Below, one piece after another: positions 28,850 to 43,244 of a DNA stretch of 64,000 nucleotides. The translations under genes were made by a program, and so were the position numbers. Origin of the DNA: Octopus vulgaris (lineage: Eukaryota). The notes beneath the pieces are model-generated. The model saw nothing but the letters and a program-made list of their open reading frames with translations, made no database searches and was not told the DNA's origin. Where the stretch lies: NCBI GenBank assembly GCA_951406725.2, contig OX597825.1:76570001-76634000 (forward strand). The letters are read 5' to 3'. Each line of letters opens with the position of its first letter. Within the stretch, counting starts at the first letter, position 1.

Positions 28850-29122
28850 CTTTGTAAGCCTAGTACTTACAAAGAATAAGGGTATCTTTTGCTGAACCGC
28901 TAAGTTGCAGGGGCGTAAACACACCAGAATCGGTTCTCAGGCGATGTTAGGGTGGGGGACAAACACACACACATATATACGACGGGCTTCTTTCAGTTTC
29001 CGTCTACCAAATCCACTCACAAGGTTATGGTCGGCCTGAGGCTATAGTAGAAGACACTTGCCCTGAACCTGGAACCATGTAGTTGGTACGCAAGCTACTT
29101 ACCACCCAGCCACTCCTGCGCC
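28850..29122 (-). mobile_element. SINE family B copy with internal deletion
   Basis: Head ggcgcaggagtggctgggtggtaagtagcttgc on the minus strand; body matches the 18907 copy. Confidence 0.85.
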
Positions 29123-29177
29123 TATATATATATGTATACATATATAAATGCGTGTGGTATATGTGTATGTATGTAAG

Positions 29178-29263
<86 letters not shown>

Positions 29264-29289
29264 CACACACATATATACACATATGATGT

Positions 29290-29860
29290 CTGTCCACTCG
29301 TAACTGAGGTAAGCCATAACTGACCATTGCCCATGCAAAACACCAGCAGTCTCCGTGGATGAGGTTGTTATAGCAGCAGTCGGCTTCACCCGGATTCGTA
29401 TCTGTGGCTTCCAAGCTCACAGCGGGGCCTTCCTACCCGGCTGGGCATCGGATAGTCGTCTCGCCGGCAATTGCACAGCCTAAAACTTTAGATCTAATGA
29501 AGTTTGTAGCGTCCCTCACAGAGCTTCTCCATCCCCTCCTGACACAATCCAGAGACAAGTCAGGTTAAGATGGCCAAGACAGTGTGGGTCGCTGGCTCAA
29601 GTGCAAACAAAAAATCCCCAAAACGTTCGATGATATTCCCTACATATCAGAGTGACCGTCTCTGAGAGACATGCTTTATCAAAAGCTAAAGGGTGCCTCA
29701 CTCTTCCAGCACGCGGGACATCAACCTGGAATATCTGAGGGCCCAAGCTATTGCTAGATAGTTGTTGAACTTACAGTAGGTTCATCCGTTTATGATAGAC
29801 ATTGTTTTTGCTTTCTAGGAACTCTCCTAACCAGGCAAACCTAGTGGCAGTGCCCACAAA
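29290..29860 (-). mobile_element. Putative LINE (RTE-like) 5' UTR fragment
   Basis: GC-richer island; minus-strand ggcactgccactaggtttgcctggttaggag resembles ggcaaccccaccaagcttgcttggtgaggag near 50374. Confidence 0.35.
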
Positions 29861-29999
29861 CAAGCGTATGTATGTACGCATGTATGTATGTATGTATGTA
29901 TGTATGGATGGATGAATGGATGGATGGATGTATGTATGTATGTATGTATGTATGTATGGATTGATGTATGTATACACAAACACACAGACACAGATACAC

Positions 30000-30160
30000 A
30001 CACACACATATGTGCGATAGGTTCCTTTCAGTTTTCGTCCACTAAATTTGCTCGACCCGAGACTAAAAGAGATAAAAACCTTGCCCAAGGTGCCACACAC
30101 TGGGATTGAAGCAAGACCACATGGTTGAGAAACAAGCTTCTTAAAGACACAACCACGGCC
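30000..30160 (-). mobile_element. SINE family B, diverged 5' half
   Basis: ttgcccaaggtgccacacactgggattgaa..accacatggttg. Confidence 0.7.
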
Positions 30161-31259
30161 CTGTCATAAGAATATCTTCTTTTAAACAACTTTAGTAGTT
30201 TGGCTATACGTCGGGCAATATGATGTAACTTCTGTCGGTAGATTGGCAGATTCGGCCATCTTGGTAGCAGATGTTTGAGAGGTTTTGTTCATTATTATAT
30301 AATGGAAAAATGTTTGTGGGTGATTATCTATAGTGTGTATAAGTGGATGTATATACGTTTACGCACAGACGCATCATTACACACACGTATATATACATAC
30401 ATGCATACACAAATACATACATAAATGGGTATGTATATATGTATAAGTACACATATATATACATGTATTTATATATGTATATAAATTTATATATGTCTTT
30501 GTATGTGTATATATGCATATATATATATATATATGTATATATGTGTGTGTGTGCGTGAATATCTATATACATATATAATACGCATAATCTGTACGCACAC
30601 TCGAATATACATACATATACACACATATGTATATATGTAGAAAAGAGGTGTTATTCATGTTTGTAATTCACATTTTATACTCCTTCTCCAAACACACAAA
30701 GTCATACAAACACACGCAAACACTTACACACAGATGCATAAAGAAACGCACACATTACCACACACACATAAACACACACTCTCTCTCATACACACACAGT
30801 TACAACTTTAAGTCCACCGCAATAACAATTGCTGAACTAGAAAATTGACGTTCGATAATGCTAACCTTTATCGATCTCACTAATAAGACATATTGATTTT
30901 TTACACGGGAGGCCAGGAATGTATTGGGGGAAGGAAATCGAATTGTGTGACGTCCACATATATATTTATTTTAACAGTGATATTTGCTAGGAAATATTTT
31001 CACCTGGGACTCCAAACATTCTCTCCAGCTCGACTCATTGAAACCTTACCTCAGGCTAAACAAAAATTATCTCCTCATAACAGACACCTGGTCACTTGAT
31101 CACCTAGAAGTAATAGCAAGATACCCTCAAAACATTATCCAATGAGAAGAGGCCATATTTGATGACTGTGCTGAACGAAGACTTTTCAATTACAACATAA
31201 AACCAAAGATTTATCAAAGCAATCGTGTGGAAGGGATTCCGTAGTACGATGTGATGAAG

Positions 31260-31483
31260 GCGGCGAGCTGGCAGAACCGTTAGCACGCCGGGCGAAATGC
31301 ATAGTCGTATTTCGTCTGCCTCTACGTTCTGAGTTCAAATTCCGCCGAGGTCGACTTTCATCCTTTCGGGGTTGATAAATTAAGTACCAGTTACGCACTG
31401 GGGTCGATATAATCGACTTAATCCGTTTTTCTGTCTTTGCTTGTCCCCTCTGTGTTTAGCCCCTTAAGGGCAATAAAGAAACA
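31260..31483 (+). mobile_element. SINE family A, full length with 12-bp TSD
   Basis: A-box (tggcagaaccgttagc), B-box (gagttcaaattc); TSD gatgtgatgaag at 31248-31259 and 31484-31495. Confidence 0.92.
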
Positions 31484-31604
31484 GATGTGATGAAGCGCAT
31501 CCCATGCCCCGAATGTCCTTAAGAGAGTCGATAATTCTCCTCACTCAGCTTACTAAAAAACAAAAAAAAAAAGCAACAAAGCGATAAAAGATTCTATCAA
31601 CTTA

Positions 31605-31710
31605 AGCGCCGGCATGGTTGTGTGGTAAGAAATTTGCTCCCCAGCCATATGGTTCTGGGTTCAGTCCCACTGTGGACTTGGTAGACGGAAATTGAAAGAA
31701 GATCGTCGTA
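31605..31710 (+). mobile_element. SINE family B, internally deleted head
   Basis: ggttgtgtggtaag..gggttcagtcccactg..ttggtagacggaaa. Confidence 0.7.
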
Positions 31711-31716
31711 TGTACG

Positions 31717-31763
<47 letters not shown>

Positions 31764-31863
31764 TAATACAAACATGACAACACAAAGAGAAAAAAAAAAC
31801 AACGCGAGGACGTGGAACAAATAGAGCATTATTAGACGCTCAGGAAGGAAGGGAAGAAGCAGG

Positions 31864-31898
31864 GTTTAACGTTTCGAGCGGAGCTCTTCGTCGGAAAC
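31864..31898 (-). ncRNA. Minimal Penelope-type hammerhead motif within a pLTR-like segment (about 31770-31962)
   Basis: Minus strand: gttt-CCGACGAA-gagc-tcc-gctc-GAAACGTT-aaac; U4C core variant, palindromic stem III. Confidence 0.65.
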
Positions 31899-31977
31899 AT
31901 AGAAGGAAAGATCCTGAGAAGGGAAGACAGAGGAAAAAATCGCCAACGGTACACACGCGGTCGCATACATACATACA

Positions 31978-32030
<53 letters not shown>

Positions 32031-32353
32031 TGCCTGAATTTCATAGTGTTAATTATCCATCACGGCTGGTCTCACCTATCGGTTTCTCGCGAAATTATAT
32101 AACGGAGTGTTAAGCAACAAATCAGTTATATAATATACGCTCGTCAGAGATAGCCGACGTGGAAGGGGAAATGGCGACCGCTCTACACTTTTGGAAGTGG
32201 AAATGAGCACGACTGGTCGGCGTCTGCCGTGTAAAGTTGGTAGAATGAAAAAAATTCCAGGTTAATCAGTTATGAGTTATGTCCTTTGGTCAAGCCTTTT
32301 CGTAAGGGGTGTGTGAAATGCATGAGTCACACAAGCTAAAGTCACAAAGACTA

Positions 32354-33679
32354 CACTGAACCGCAAAAGAAACGCGAGACGTGTGTGACTGTGAAATATT
32401 TTTAAAATTCATTATGCCAGAGATAAATTTTGATAAATCTGATAAAGTCAATTTCTTGGATGCACTTTGACCACAGTCTATGGGTCGTTGTCATGTGTTC
32501 TGGTAGTGGGCGGATCCAGCGCAGCGAGATTGTTGGGCGTGACATGTTCAATACTGTGTATGCACTCCTTGAGTGTTCAAAACGGCCATACACCGTCGGT
32601 ACATTGAGTGCATGAGGCGGTTCACAAAAGCCATTGGCACCTGTGCCCACACACTGAGGAAAGTTGTTTCCAGTTCCACGCGAGTTGTCGGCCTTGAGAC
32701 CACTTGGTTCAGCCATCTCTGGATTTCATCCCACAGGTGTTCAATTGGGTTCAAATTCGAGCTGAGAGCCCGGCCACGGCATAATTCTGATTTTGTGCTG
32801 ATGCATGAAATCCATGGAGACTCTGGCCGTGTGGGAGGGAGCATTGTCCTGCTGGAACACGTGGCTATGTTGACGCGCGAAGAAAGGCACGATGTGAGGT
32901 CTTAGGATCTGATCAACGTAGCGCTGCGCTGTGATACCATTCCCTCTGCCTGCACCAACATTTTGGGACACATGGGGCCCAATTCTCTGATTCAGCCCAT
33001 AGCACCCTAAACCATGATGCTTTGACTATCCCGCGCGTCTCTCTCTATGACACATGCGTCTCTGTAGCGTTCACCTCTCCTTCGCCACATCGCCACTCTA
33101 CCATCTGAGGTGGAAACGCAGTACCGGCTCTCATCAGAAAAGACTATCGACCTCCATTGTTGATGCCACCAATGTCGGTGCTGTGTAGCCCACTGTAGTC
33201 GTGTCTGACGGTGGCGGGCGGTGAGGACAGGCCCTCAAACAGAACGACGGCAACGCAGGTTGTTGGCAGTCAGTCGACGTCGTACCATGTCGTCGCTGGT
33301 CATCGTAAGCTTTCGCAACAACCAGGTTACGCTGCCCTGCTTGCAAACGGCCGATAGCTTGTTCTCTCTGTGCTGTTGACAATCTGGTCATACCTGATGC
33401 GTCCAAAGTTCAAGTTGATTTTTATATCCATAACCTCCACGAGATGCACGTGCATTCCGGTTTCATAACAATTGTTTGCGACTGCCACACACGGCATTCA
33501 ACGCAGCTGCGTTTTGGCGTCTCGTTTTCGGGAAAGTTGAAAGGTTACCTGCAATTTGGGTCTCTGCCACAAACCAACATGTCTTAGAATATTTAAACTT
33601 ACATCACCGAAATAAATTTTCATAATATACCTTATAAAAATGACATTTGAAAAAAGTCGCATTTCTTTTGCGATTCATG
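32354..33679 (-). mobile_element. Tc1-like (DD34E) DNA transposon with pseudogenised transposase
   Basis: TA-flanked TIRs cactgaaccgcaaaagaaacgcga / tcgcatttcttttgcgattcatg; MTRLSTAQREQAIGRL HTH start, VFSDESRYC, FQQDNAPSH, NLNPIEHLW; 34 residues D-to-E after correcting one frameshift. Confidence 0.93.
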
Positions 33680-33689
33680 TATAAACTGA

Positions 33690-34690
33690 AGAAGTATAAA
33701 GCATCCAATCTAGACAGAATCGCACCCAAAATGATAAAATTTGAGGCGATCAACATCAAATTGTGCTCACACAATTGAATTTGGAAAATAGGTGAAATTC
33801 CTGCAAGATGGATGAAATAAATTGGAATGAAAGCATCCAGTGTAAGACACCGACCAGTCTCAACAAAAGCAGAACACGTCTGTCATTCTCGTGAATCTCT
33901 GCATCGATAATGTTCGTCACGCTTGTTGAGCACAAGAAGTTATGAGATGGATTTTTATCTCAGACAATTCCTTAGCATCTGTATTCTAACAGTGTCTTCT
34001 AACAGTGTGTATACATTTAGTGTGATACAGGGAGGACGATTTTAATTTAATGATGTTTCAATTGCATACACCGAGTTTTTCTACATTTCGACAAGCTTCT
34101 GCAATATCAGTGAATGTTTTATTCCCTGTTTCTTATATATCGAGAAACAAATTTCGTTTAAGCAGGTAACAAACGGATGCATACGGGATTGACAAGACTC
34201 AAGGATGGTGGAACGGGTCTGCCGTTCTTGTATTTCATAGCAGTGACGACGATTATTTCGTTCAAGTCTATAAATAAACTTTATCTCAGACAATTTCCCC
34301 GCTTCGTGTTTTCTGATTGTGTATATATATTCAGTATGATACACGAACGACGACCTAAAATAGGAGATTTAAGTGAATGTGGGGACTGGAAACGTTATCT
34401 ATGTCGATGAAAGTGTTCTATAGAATAATTTTAAGCAGAATTGAACCGTTGTTGGTAAGATTGTTGGTTAGACATGACAGCGCATCTAGTGATCCATTTT
34501 TCATGGTAAGACATATTATATAAGAGACAGACGATTAGGGGGTTTCCATTAACCCTTTAATCTTGCATTTGACTGATTTGCAGAACGCTTTTAAAATTAT
34601 ATAAAGACAAGCATTGCTACTGATAATAGGAAAATGCAGCATATCTCAAAAGAATATATTGACATTAATCTAGAGGTGCGTGAAGAAACA
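33690..34690 (+). mobile_element. Highly decayed RTE-like reverse-transcriptase remnants
   Basis: KASNLDRIAPKMIKF..IWKIGEIPARW and later TDLQNAF; many disruptions. Confidence 0.4.
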
Positions 34691-35132
34691 TTTTGATTAA
34701 ATAGTTCGATATTTTGAGTCTTCTAGGCAAAAGAGGTCGAGATGTTCGTAAAAAAAAGTCAGATTCAAAAGTGCTCCAGAGAAATAATAGTGTCTCGTAT
34801 AAGCTTTACAAGTACGACTCTACGTCCTCATTAACCAAGTGAAGATTGGTATTTGGAAGTGTATCTGCTTGTGCCTGTATCAATTTAGAGGAAAGCACCA
34901 TCAGTTCATCGTTTCTATCTTAAACCCTTTTAAGGTATTTTAGAAGGGTCAACAGAATGAAGGTCAAAAGCTTCTTAACAGGTCGAATTTTTTCTCAACT
35001 ATTTATTCAACCTGGAAAAGGGTTGTTGTCTTTTTTCGGAATACATACATTCATGCATGCACCAAATATAAAAACATACATACATACATGCATACATACA
35101 TACATACATACATACATACATACATACATACA

Positions 35133-35163
<31 letters not shown>

Positions 35164-35202
35164 GTATGTATATATGTGTGTCTGTGTGTGAATGTATGTA
35201 TG

Positions 35203-35276
<74 letters not shown>

Positions 35277-35382
35277 CATATATATATATATAGATGTATC
35301 TATGTATGTATATATATATTTATACACACATATATATGTATATATAAATATATATGTATATATATATATATAAACATGTATG

Positions 35383-35420
<38 letters not shown>

Positions 35421-35483
35421 TATATTTATAAGTATACACACACACCACGCACATATATGTATATATAACGTGTATAGATATGC

Positions 35484-35780
35484 ATATATACCTGACTCGA
35501 GTGATACCTTTAAAAGCCGCTTCATCAACTATGTTGCAACATTTTCTAATAAGAGCAAGAGTCATGCACATCGCTCGTGGGCTTTGTGTGGGAACTTAGG
35601 AACAAAGGGATAAGATATATGGTCAGTTTTCAGAAGCGCAAAGCCCTATGATGCACACGCCAGAGTTTGCAACTTATGCATGTAAGAAATTCTAGAGAGA
35701 ATTTTATGTAAGGACAAACTGATGAATAAGCATTTTGAATTTTATACTTACATGAAAACATAAGTTAAGAAGCTCCTATA
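35484..35780 (+). mobile_element. Penelope-like GIY-YIG endonuclease C-terminal remnant
   Basis: [50 protein letters not shown] matches the PLE pattern YIG..FK.R..W......PY.....CNLC..EK..LLNK. Confidence 0.7.
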
Positions 35781-36127
35781 TTTGGAAAAAAATAATATAG
35801 GGAACTCTAGATGATTTTGAAACTGCTTTTATCAAAACACGCATTGATATGAACGGATAACTTGTATTGGTAGGTTGGAATCGTTGCTTGTTTGCATGTT
35901 AAATGACTTGTAATATGTTGTATAAGTCGATTGGTATCCCATGAACAGATAACTCGTAATAAAGAGCAGACATTGCTGTGTGCCGGTTCGACAAAATTAT
36001 AGTAAAAATTTATGTTTATATAAGTCGTATGAAAAATAGCAATGATTACTATATATATCGGTTTTAATCACCTAAAGGGATGACTTTAAATAACTAATAA
36101 CCAGTCGACATCATCATTACACACACA

Positions 36128-36189
<62 letters not shown>

Positions 36190-36282
36190 CACATGCATAA
36201 CACCATAACACGTGTGTGCACATACATGCACTTATTTTTGCTTTAGATATAGCGTTCAGGGTCATAATAGGTATATATAAAC

Positions 36283-36358
<76 letters not shown>

Positions 36359-36435
36359 ACATACACACACGCACACACACATATATATATATTCATATGC
36401 ATATGTGTATATATAAATATATATATATTTTTATG

Positions 36436-36478
<43 letters not shown>

Positions 36479-36704
36479 CTCTGTCTCGGTTTATCTGTTT
36501 AGTTATCAATCTATAACATATACCTATGTATGTATATGCGTATATGTATGTATATATGTATGTATGTATATATGTATGCATGTACGTATGTATGTATGTA
36601 TGTATATATATTTATATGTATGTGAATATATATAAACGAACATTCATGCATATATACATATATGAATATATACACACATACGTGTGTATATATATGTATA
36701 TATG

Positions 36705-36752
<48 letters not shown>

Positions 36753-37381
36753 TATACATACATACATACGTACATATGTGCACTTGTGCATATTGGTAGA
36801 GTCATATCAGTCATTTGAAGTGAGTTTATCAATACGTAACAATATATATTCCAAGATAAAATCAGATTCGGTATCTAGATATACACATATAGGCGCATAT
36901 ACAAACATTCATCACTCACACTCTCTCTAACTCACCATCTCTATCACTCACCCTCTCTCTCTCTTTATATATGTGGTTTCTGTCTGTATTTGTGCGCGTG
37001 TTTCCATATAGCAATGCACACACACGCACACACATATATACAACCACATATACACATGCACACACGTTTATACATAGTGTATATATAGTTTAAAGCTACA
37101 TGTATAATTTTGTACGAGTGAGTGCGTGTGTATAACTCTCTGTGTGTAGAGTATATCTCTGTGTGTGTATATGTGTGTGTGTATGTATGTGTGTGTGTGT
37201 GTATGTGTGTATGTATGTGTGTGTGTATGTGTGTGTGTATGTATGTGTGTATGTATGTGTGTGTGTGTATGTATGTGTGTTGTGAGGTTATGTGTTTATG
37301 AGACATTTCCTTCTGTTGTCTTCATATATTCCCCACTTCTCTCTCCCTCCCTCCCTCTTTCCCTCTCACCCCCCCTTTCTC

Positions 37382-37412
<31 letters not shown>

Positions 37413-38319
37413 TTCTCTCCCCAGACACGTCCAATGTTGTATTCCTCACCACCACCACCACCACCACCTCCTCCTCTTTCTTCTCCTCCTTCTCGTTGTC
37501 GTCCTCCTCCTTGTCTTTCTCCTCCTCCAACCCTGACACCACAGTAAAAACTTGGCGAGTCTTGAAGGCAATCAATTCGGATTATTGTTGTAGCTGCAAA
37601 ATGGAATCATTTCGATGTTTTATTGTCTGCCAATGGCCGACAGCCAAAACAATGGCAAATCGAATATTTCCTTCTTTCCTTCCTTGCATGCTTCCTTCCT
37701 TCCTTCCATCCTTCCATTCTTCCTTCCTTCCTTCCTTTCTTCTTCTTCTTCTTCTTCTTCTTCTTCTTCTTCTTCTTCTTCTTCTTCTTCTTCTTCTTCT
37801 TCTTCTTCTTCTTCTTCTTCACGTTCTCCTCCTCCATCTTCCCATCCTCCTCCTCTTCCTTCTTCCCAATCTCCTCCTCCTCCTCCTCCTTCTCCTAATC
37901 TTCCTTCTGCTCCTCCTCCTTTTTTTCTTCTCCTCTTCCTTCTCCCACACGACTTCTTCACCATCAAAATGGCCTACTTCCGTCTCTTCAACACTGGTCG
38001 ACGAATCGCTCCATCGTTTTTCCTTTAAGAAGGCGCTAAAGCTATTGATAAGAACAACAATTCGTAAAGATACTTTATGATGGATTTATACGCATGCATC
38101 TATATTATATCCACGCGCGCGCACACACACACACAAATAAACACACATACACATATGCATATATTTTCATATAGAGAAATATATGCTTACATAAATCTTT
38201 ATAAATACATATCTAAATAGAAAGAAATGCCCTCATATGCATACATACATATACATACATATATACATGTATATATATATATATATACATGTATATATAT
38301 ATGTCTACTTACATATATT

Positions 38320-38367
<48 letters not shown>

Positions 38368-38421
38368 TATGTATACTTACATATATACATATATGTGTAT
38401 ACGTGTGTGTTTGTATGTATG

Positions 38422-38472
<51 letters not shown>

Positions 38473-38651
38473 TATGTGGATATGTGTATGTATAAATACA
38501 TGCATACATACATATGTATACATAGATACATGCACACACACACATATATATATATGTATGTATCCATGTATGTATACGTATGTATATATTTATACATACA
38601 CATATCCACATAAATGAATATAAATACACACACACATACACACACACACAA

Positions 38652-38682
<31 letters not shown>

Positions 38683-39029
38683 AACACATGTAAATTCGTA
38701 CATAAAAGTTCACACATACATATGTATATATATACCGAAAGAAGACAACCAGCCTTTTCCATGCTGAGTACATGTTTGAAAGAACTCCGACCCGAAACTG
38801 CCATGTCGAGAGCTTTCTGTCAAAAAGATTGGAAGATAAAGATAAGATGTCATTCAATGTGATGGGACAGATTCCAAAGTGACGTATTCTTCCTCAATAT
38901 GATCAATACTAAAATAACAGCGAGTTGTTACAATCTACACTGAGTGTTACCTCTTCATTTCCTGAGTTAAAATCTGCTGGGGGTTGATTCTCTTTGGTCC
39001 TCAATCGATCAAATATTTATCTACATATA

Positions 39030-39580
39030 TGTGGCTGCGTGGTTAAGAAGTTTCCGTGACAACCAAGTAGTTTCGGCTGGGTTCAATACCTATTTCTTTA
39101 TTACCCACAAGGGGCTAAACATAGAGGGGACAAACAAGGACAGACATAGGTATTAAGTCGATTACATCAACCCCAGTGTGTAACTGGTACTTAATTTATC
39201 AACCACCCCGAAAGGATGAAAGGCAAAGTCGACCTCGGCGGAATTTGAACTCAAAACGTAACGGTAGACGAGATACCTATTTCTTTATTACCCACAAGGG
39301 GCTAAACACAGAGGGAACAAACAAGGACAGACATAGGTATTAAGTCGATTACATCGACCCCAGTTCGTAACTGGTACTTAATTTATCGACCCCGAAAGAT
39401 GAAAGGCAAAGTCGACCTCGGCGGAATTTGAACTCAGAACGTAACGGCAGACGAGATACCGCTAAGCATTTCGCCCGGCATGCTAACGTTTCTGCCAGCT
39501 CACCACGGAAGGTGTCTTTTATTTTTAAAATAACCCCGGATGACTAAAGCTTTCTGAGTGAATTTGGTTGACGGAAACCC
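39030..39580 (+). mobile_element. SINE family B copy interrupted by a family A dimer
   Basis: Head gtggctgcgtggttaag..gggttcaatacc before 39090; body resumes after 39503 (gtgtctt..gagtgaatttggttgacggaaac). Confidence 0.7.
39090..39502 (-). mobile_element. Tandem dimer of SINE family A
   Basis: Two consecutive units starting tatttctttattacccacaagggg at about 39091 and 39278. Confidence 0.9.
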
Positions 39581-39794
39581 CGTAAGAAGTGAGAGCAGCG
39601 CGATCTGTGTGCGCGTGTATATGAGAAGGAGTGCTGCACACCGCATTGGCGGACAGAATTTCTTTATTTGTGAATTAAGTCTACCATTGGTTTCATGTTA
39701 AGGAAAAATAGGAAAATATTTTCAACAATTTTTCAAGCTGACAACATGGAGGAATGGTGTCTGTCTTCAATTTTGAAAAACATGTGAATATACA

Positions 39795-39895
<101 letters not shown>

Positions 39896-41089
39896 CTATA
39901 CTGTTGTATCGTAAGGTAAAATACCGGCTGTCTCCTTTTAATTACAATCCAGTATGTAAGGTACCTATTAGAGTGAGAAAGACCTGGAAATATTATTTGC
40001 AGAGTTAGTCATCTCAACCATCTAAACTACGCCTGATGGCTAACTAAATATGAACGCTTCTTCTAGATATAAAATTTGTATTATTTAATTCTCTGGTTGC
40101 CGGGTCATAGTGCTAGTTTTGTGCTAAATCCCTTTCTTTGTTTTCGGAAATTATGTTCGCCTTTCCATCGCATATGTTTTTTAACGCGTTTGACTGAGCC
40201 TCTGCAGATTCTGAGCCCACCCAGAGGTGCAGCTGCACTGGGTAATTAATCATCGTAAATTTGGCGGCTTTGTTGAAGATGAAGGGGGAGCATATTAGAA
40301 AATCGATAAAGACCACCATGAAAGCAAACCTTCACCAACGAAATGACATGAATAATCAGGCTTGACAAAGTTTTCAAATTTCCAAGCGAGTGGAAAAATG
40401 TGACTGGAAATTAATTAGCATCTCAATTTTCACTCGTATCTCAAAACACAAAAAGCATGAAATTTCGCTTAAGAAAATATTTGTATCTTAGGTCTTTCGT
40501 ATCTGAAGTTGGGGCTAAAAGAAAAGGTTGCAGTCAATTAAAATGCGGAAACCCGCAGGGAATAGTTTTATTGAGTTTCCACTGATTGATTGGCAATTTT
40601 GGTAAACTCGAATCAAATTAAGATTTCTTGCACCAAGGCTGAATGCAAACAAATAAACGTTTTTTATGAAAATCCCTTGGGGGGCGGGGGTCAACTTACC
40701 CATTTTTCATTTTTAATCCTACTTGAATAAAACATCCTGGGCTCTCGCTAGATAACTTAAATAAATTGAAAGCATAAAAGTAAAGTCCTTCCTAAATAGA
40801 TTCATTGAATGGATATGCCCATACCTTATGGGCACAAGGGGTCGGTTTAATGGCTTTCTGGGGTGACTGGAGAAATAAAAAGATCTTCATGACCACCCTC
40901 AGACAGTTTTGAAAGCCCATAGAAAATGTGAGCCTTTTACGTGAAAAACTGGGGATTTGTATAAAGGACACACAAACAGACACACAGATACACAGACATT
41001 TTGCCGTTTATAGATATAGGGATTAATATACAGTCACACCTCTGAGTATGTATGTCTCTATGCTTATATTATGTTTTTTTGCACCCCAC

Positions 41090-41275
41090 CACCGTTTGAC
41101 TACTGGTGTTAGTTTGCTTACGTCTGCGTAACTTATCGGCAAAAGAACCCAATAAAATAAGTACCAGATATTAAATAAAGAAAACTTTCGCTTGTTCGAC
41201 TAAACCCCTTGAAAGCGGTGTCCCCCAGCATGGCAGCAATCCAATGAATGGAACCAGTAAAAGATAAAAAGGTAA
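41090..41275 (+). mobile_element. SINE family B 3' half
   Basis: tttgactactggtgttagtttgcttacgtc..ccccagcatggc..gaatggaaccagtaaaagataaaa. Confidence 0.7.
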
Positions 41276-41349
41276 AGTGAATCGATCTCACATTTGACGC
41301 TTTCGGAGTCGATAGAATATGTAACAGTTTTTTTTTTATATCTTTTAGT

Positions 41350-41885
41350 CATGAAGGAAAGGCGGTGCCCAAATAGCTCCCGATGCCAAAGTTTGGTGTC
41401 AACCTCCTCAGGATCTTCCATACATATATCACTGCATATCACTCCCGTCTTCACTCCAGGGGGTAGAATCGTAGCTCTTTCAGTCTCACCTGGTAACTCA
41501 GCTGTTCCATCGATGCCACTTCTTGATGTAGCACCGCTGAACTGCCTCATATTTTGCTAATAATTTGACTGCGTGGGGAGACCATAATTGGCGTAGTAGT
41601 CCAAGAGGCTGAACACAAATGCTCTCCATAGAACCAGCATTGTTTCCTGGTCCCTCTTTCTAAAAGAGGTACTCCACTTACTATTACTGTCTACATGTAG
41701 AGGGCCTCATTGGCTATCACAGCCTAGCTTCTGTCTTTTAAGAAGTTAATTTAACCACTATCCCAGTTTTTCCACTATGCCGAGTCTCCGTAGCTTGTGA
41801 CATATCCTATGACCGAACTTACCAAAGGCCTCTGCAAAATCGGGATATCTTACATCCGCGTTTGAGCGATTCATTACTTGTTTCA
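41350..41885 (-). mobile_element. CR1-group LINE ORF2 fragment, internally deleted
   Basis: NADVRYPDFAEAFGKFGH..KLRRLGIVEKLG*WL..SGVP, then DQETMLVLWRAFVFSLLDY..LWSP..EQLSYQVRLKELRFYPLE*RRE*YAVIYVWKIL. Confidence 0.8.
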
Positions 41886-42819
41886 ATATACATTCACAGA
41901 CACATGCATGCATGCATGCATTTTCATACGAACATACATACATACACACATACACATACATACACACCTCCATACATACACACCTCCATACATACATACA
42001 TACACACCTCCATACATACATACATACATACATACATACATACATACATACATACATACATACATACATACATACACACACACACATACATACATACATA
42101 CATACATACATACATACATACATACATACATAGACTAGACACAAAAACTCACACGTACAAAACTTTAGTACTCTTCATTTCTCGGCCAGTTTTATTCCTC
42201 TGGTTTTCTTTTTCGCAGCAGCAGCAGCAGCAGCAGTAGCAGCAACAGTTGCAGCTGTATTAGGTATTTTAGTCATAGCTATTGGTGTTATCGTTCTTCT
42301 TGTAGATCTTGTAGCAGTAGCCACTGCCACCACCACCACCTCCTCCTCCTCCTCCTCTTCAAACACCTCCTCCTCCTCTTCAAACACCTCCTCCTCCAAC
42401 ACCATCTCCTCCTTGTCGGAACCCACATTCTGCTCCCACTATCACACTCTAACACATACCCACCACCGTCTTTCTATTCATTTCCTTTTTTTTCCTTCCT
42501 TCTATTGTCCCGCTCGTTGTCTCTATCGCCAAAATCTTCATCCACTCTTCATAGAAATCTGCAGAAGTAACAGACAAAGAGAGAGAAAGTGAGTGAGAGA
42601 TAGAGATATATAGATAGATAGAGAGAGAGAGGCTCTTATGGGAATTCTCACCAAACATCAACTCCGGCCCCGTCCCAACTCGCCCCCGCACTCTACTTTT
42701 CATCCACTTTGGCTCATAAAGGAGCTGAAGACCAACCCTACAAGTGGGGTTGTTTCAAATGACAGAATTTCATATATATATATATATATATATTGCAGAT
42801 ACACACATATATATATGCA

Positions 42820-42882
<63 letters not shown>

Positions 42883-42909
42883 TTATATATACATACATAC
42901 ATACATACA

Positions 42910-42945
<36 letters not shown>

Positions 42946-43180
42946 TATATATAAAGATATATAGGTATGTGTATATATATTCATTCAAGATGGTCAACCT
43001 CGTTTGGAGAGATACTTTAAAGATATGTCTTTCGGCTAAACAAGACGATTAAAATGCACGTAAGTGATCAAATATCGACCTTGCTGGGACGAATCGAATC
43101 GATCAGGATGTAATAATAACTTTTGTACAATGTTTTTCCTGCCAGACCTCATCACTCTAACCTTTGCTCCTTCATCTTTT

Positions 43181-43244
<64 letters not shown>

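Noticed and set aside
32548-33406. Functional or domesticated Tc1 transposase
   Set aside because: Split by frameshifts and deletions into three short ORFs
35930-35985. Hammerhead downstream of the GIY-YIG remnant
   Set aside because: Only vague similarity; both core halves are damaged
37292-38080. 262-aa ORF, the longest in the window
   Set aside because: Mostly pyrimidine repeats; the short unique parts show no protein signature
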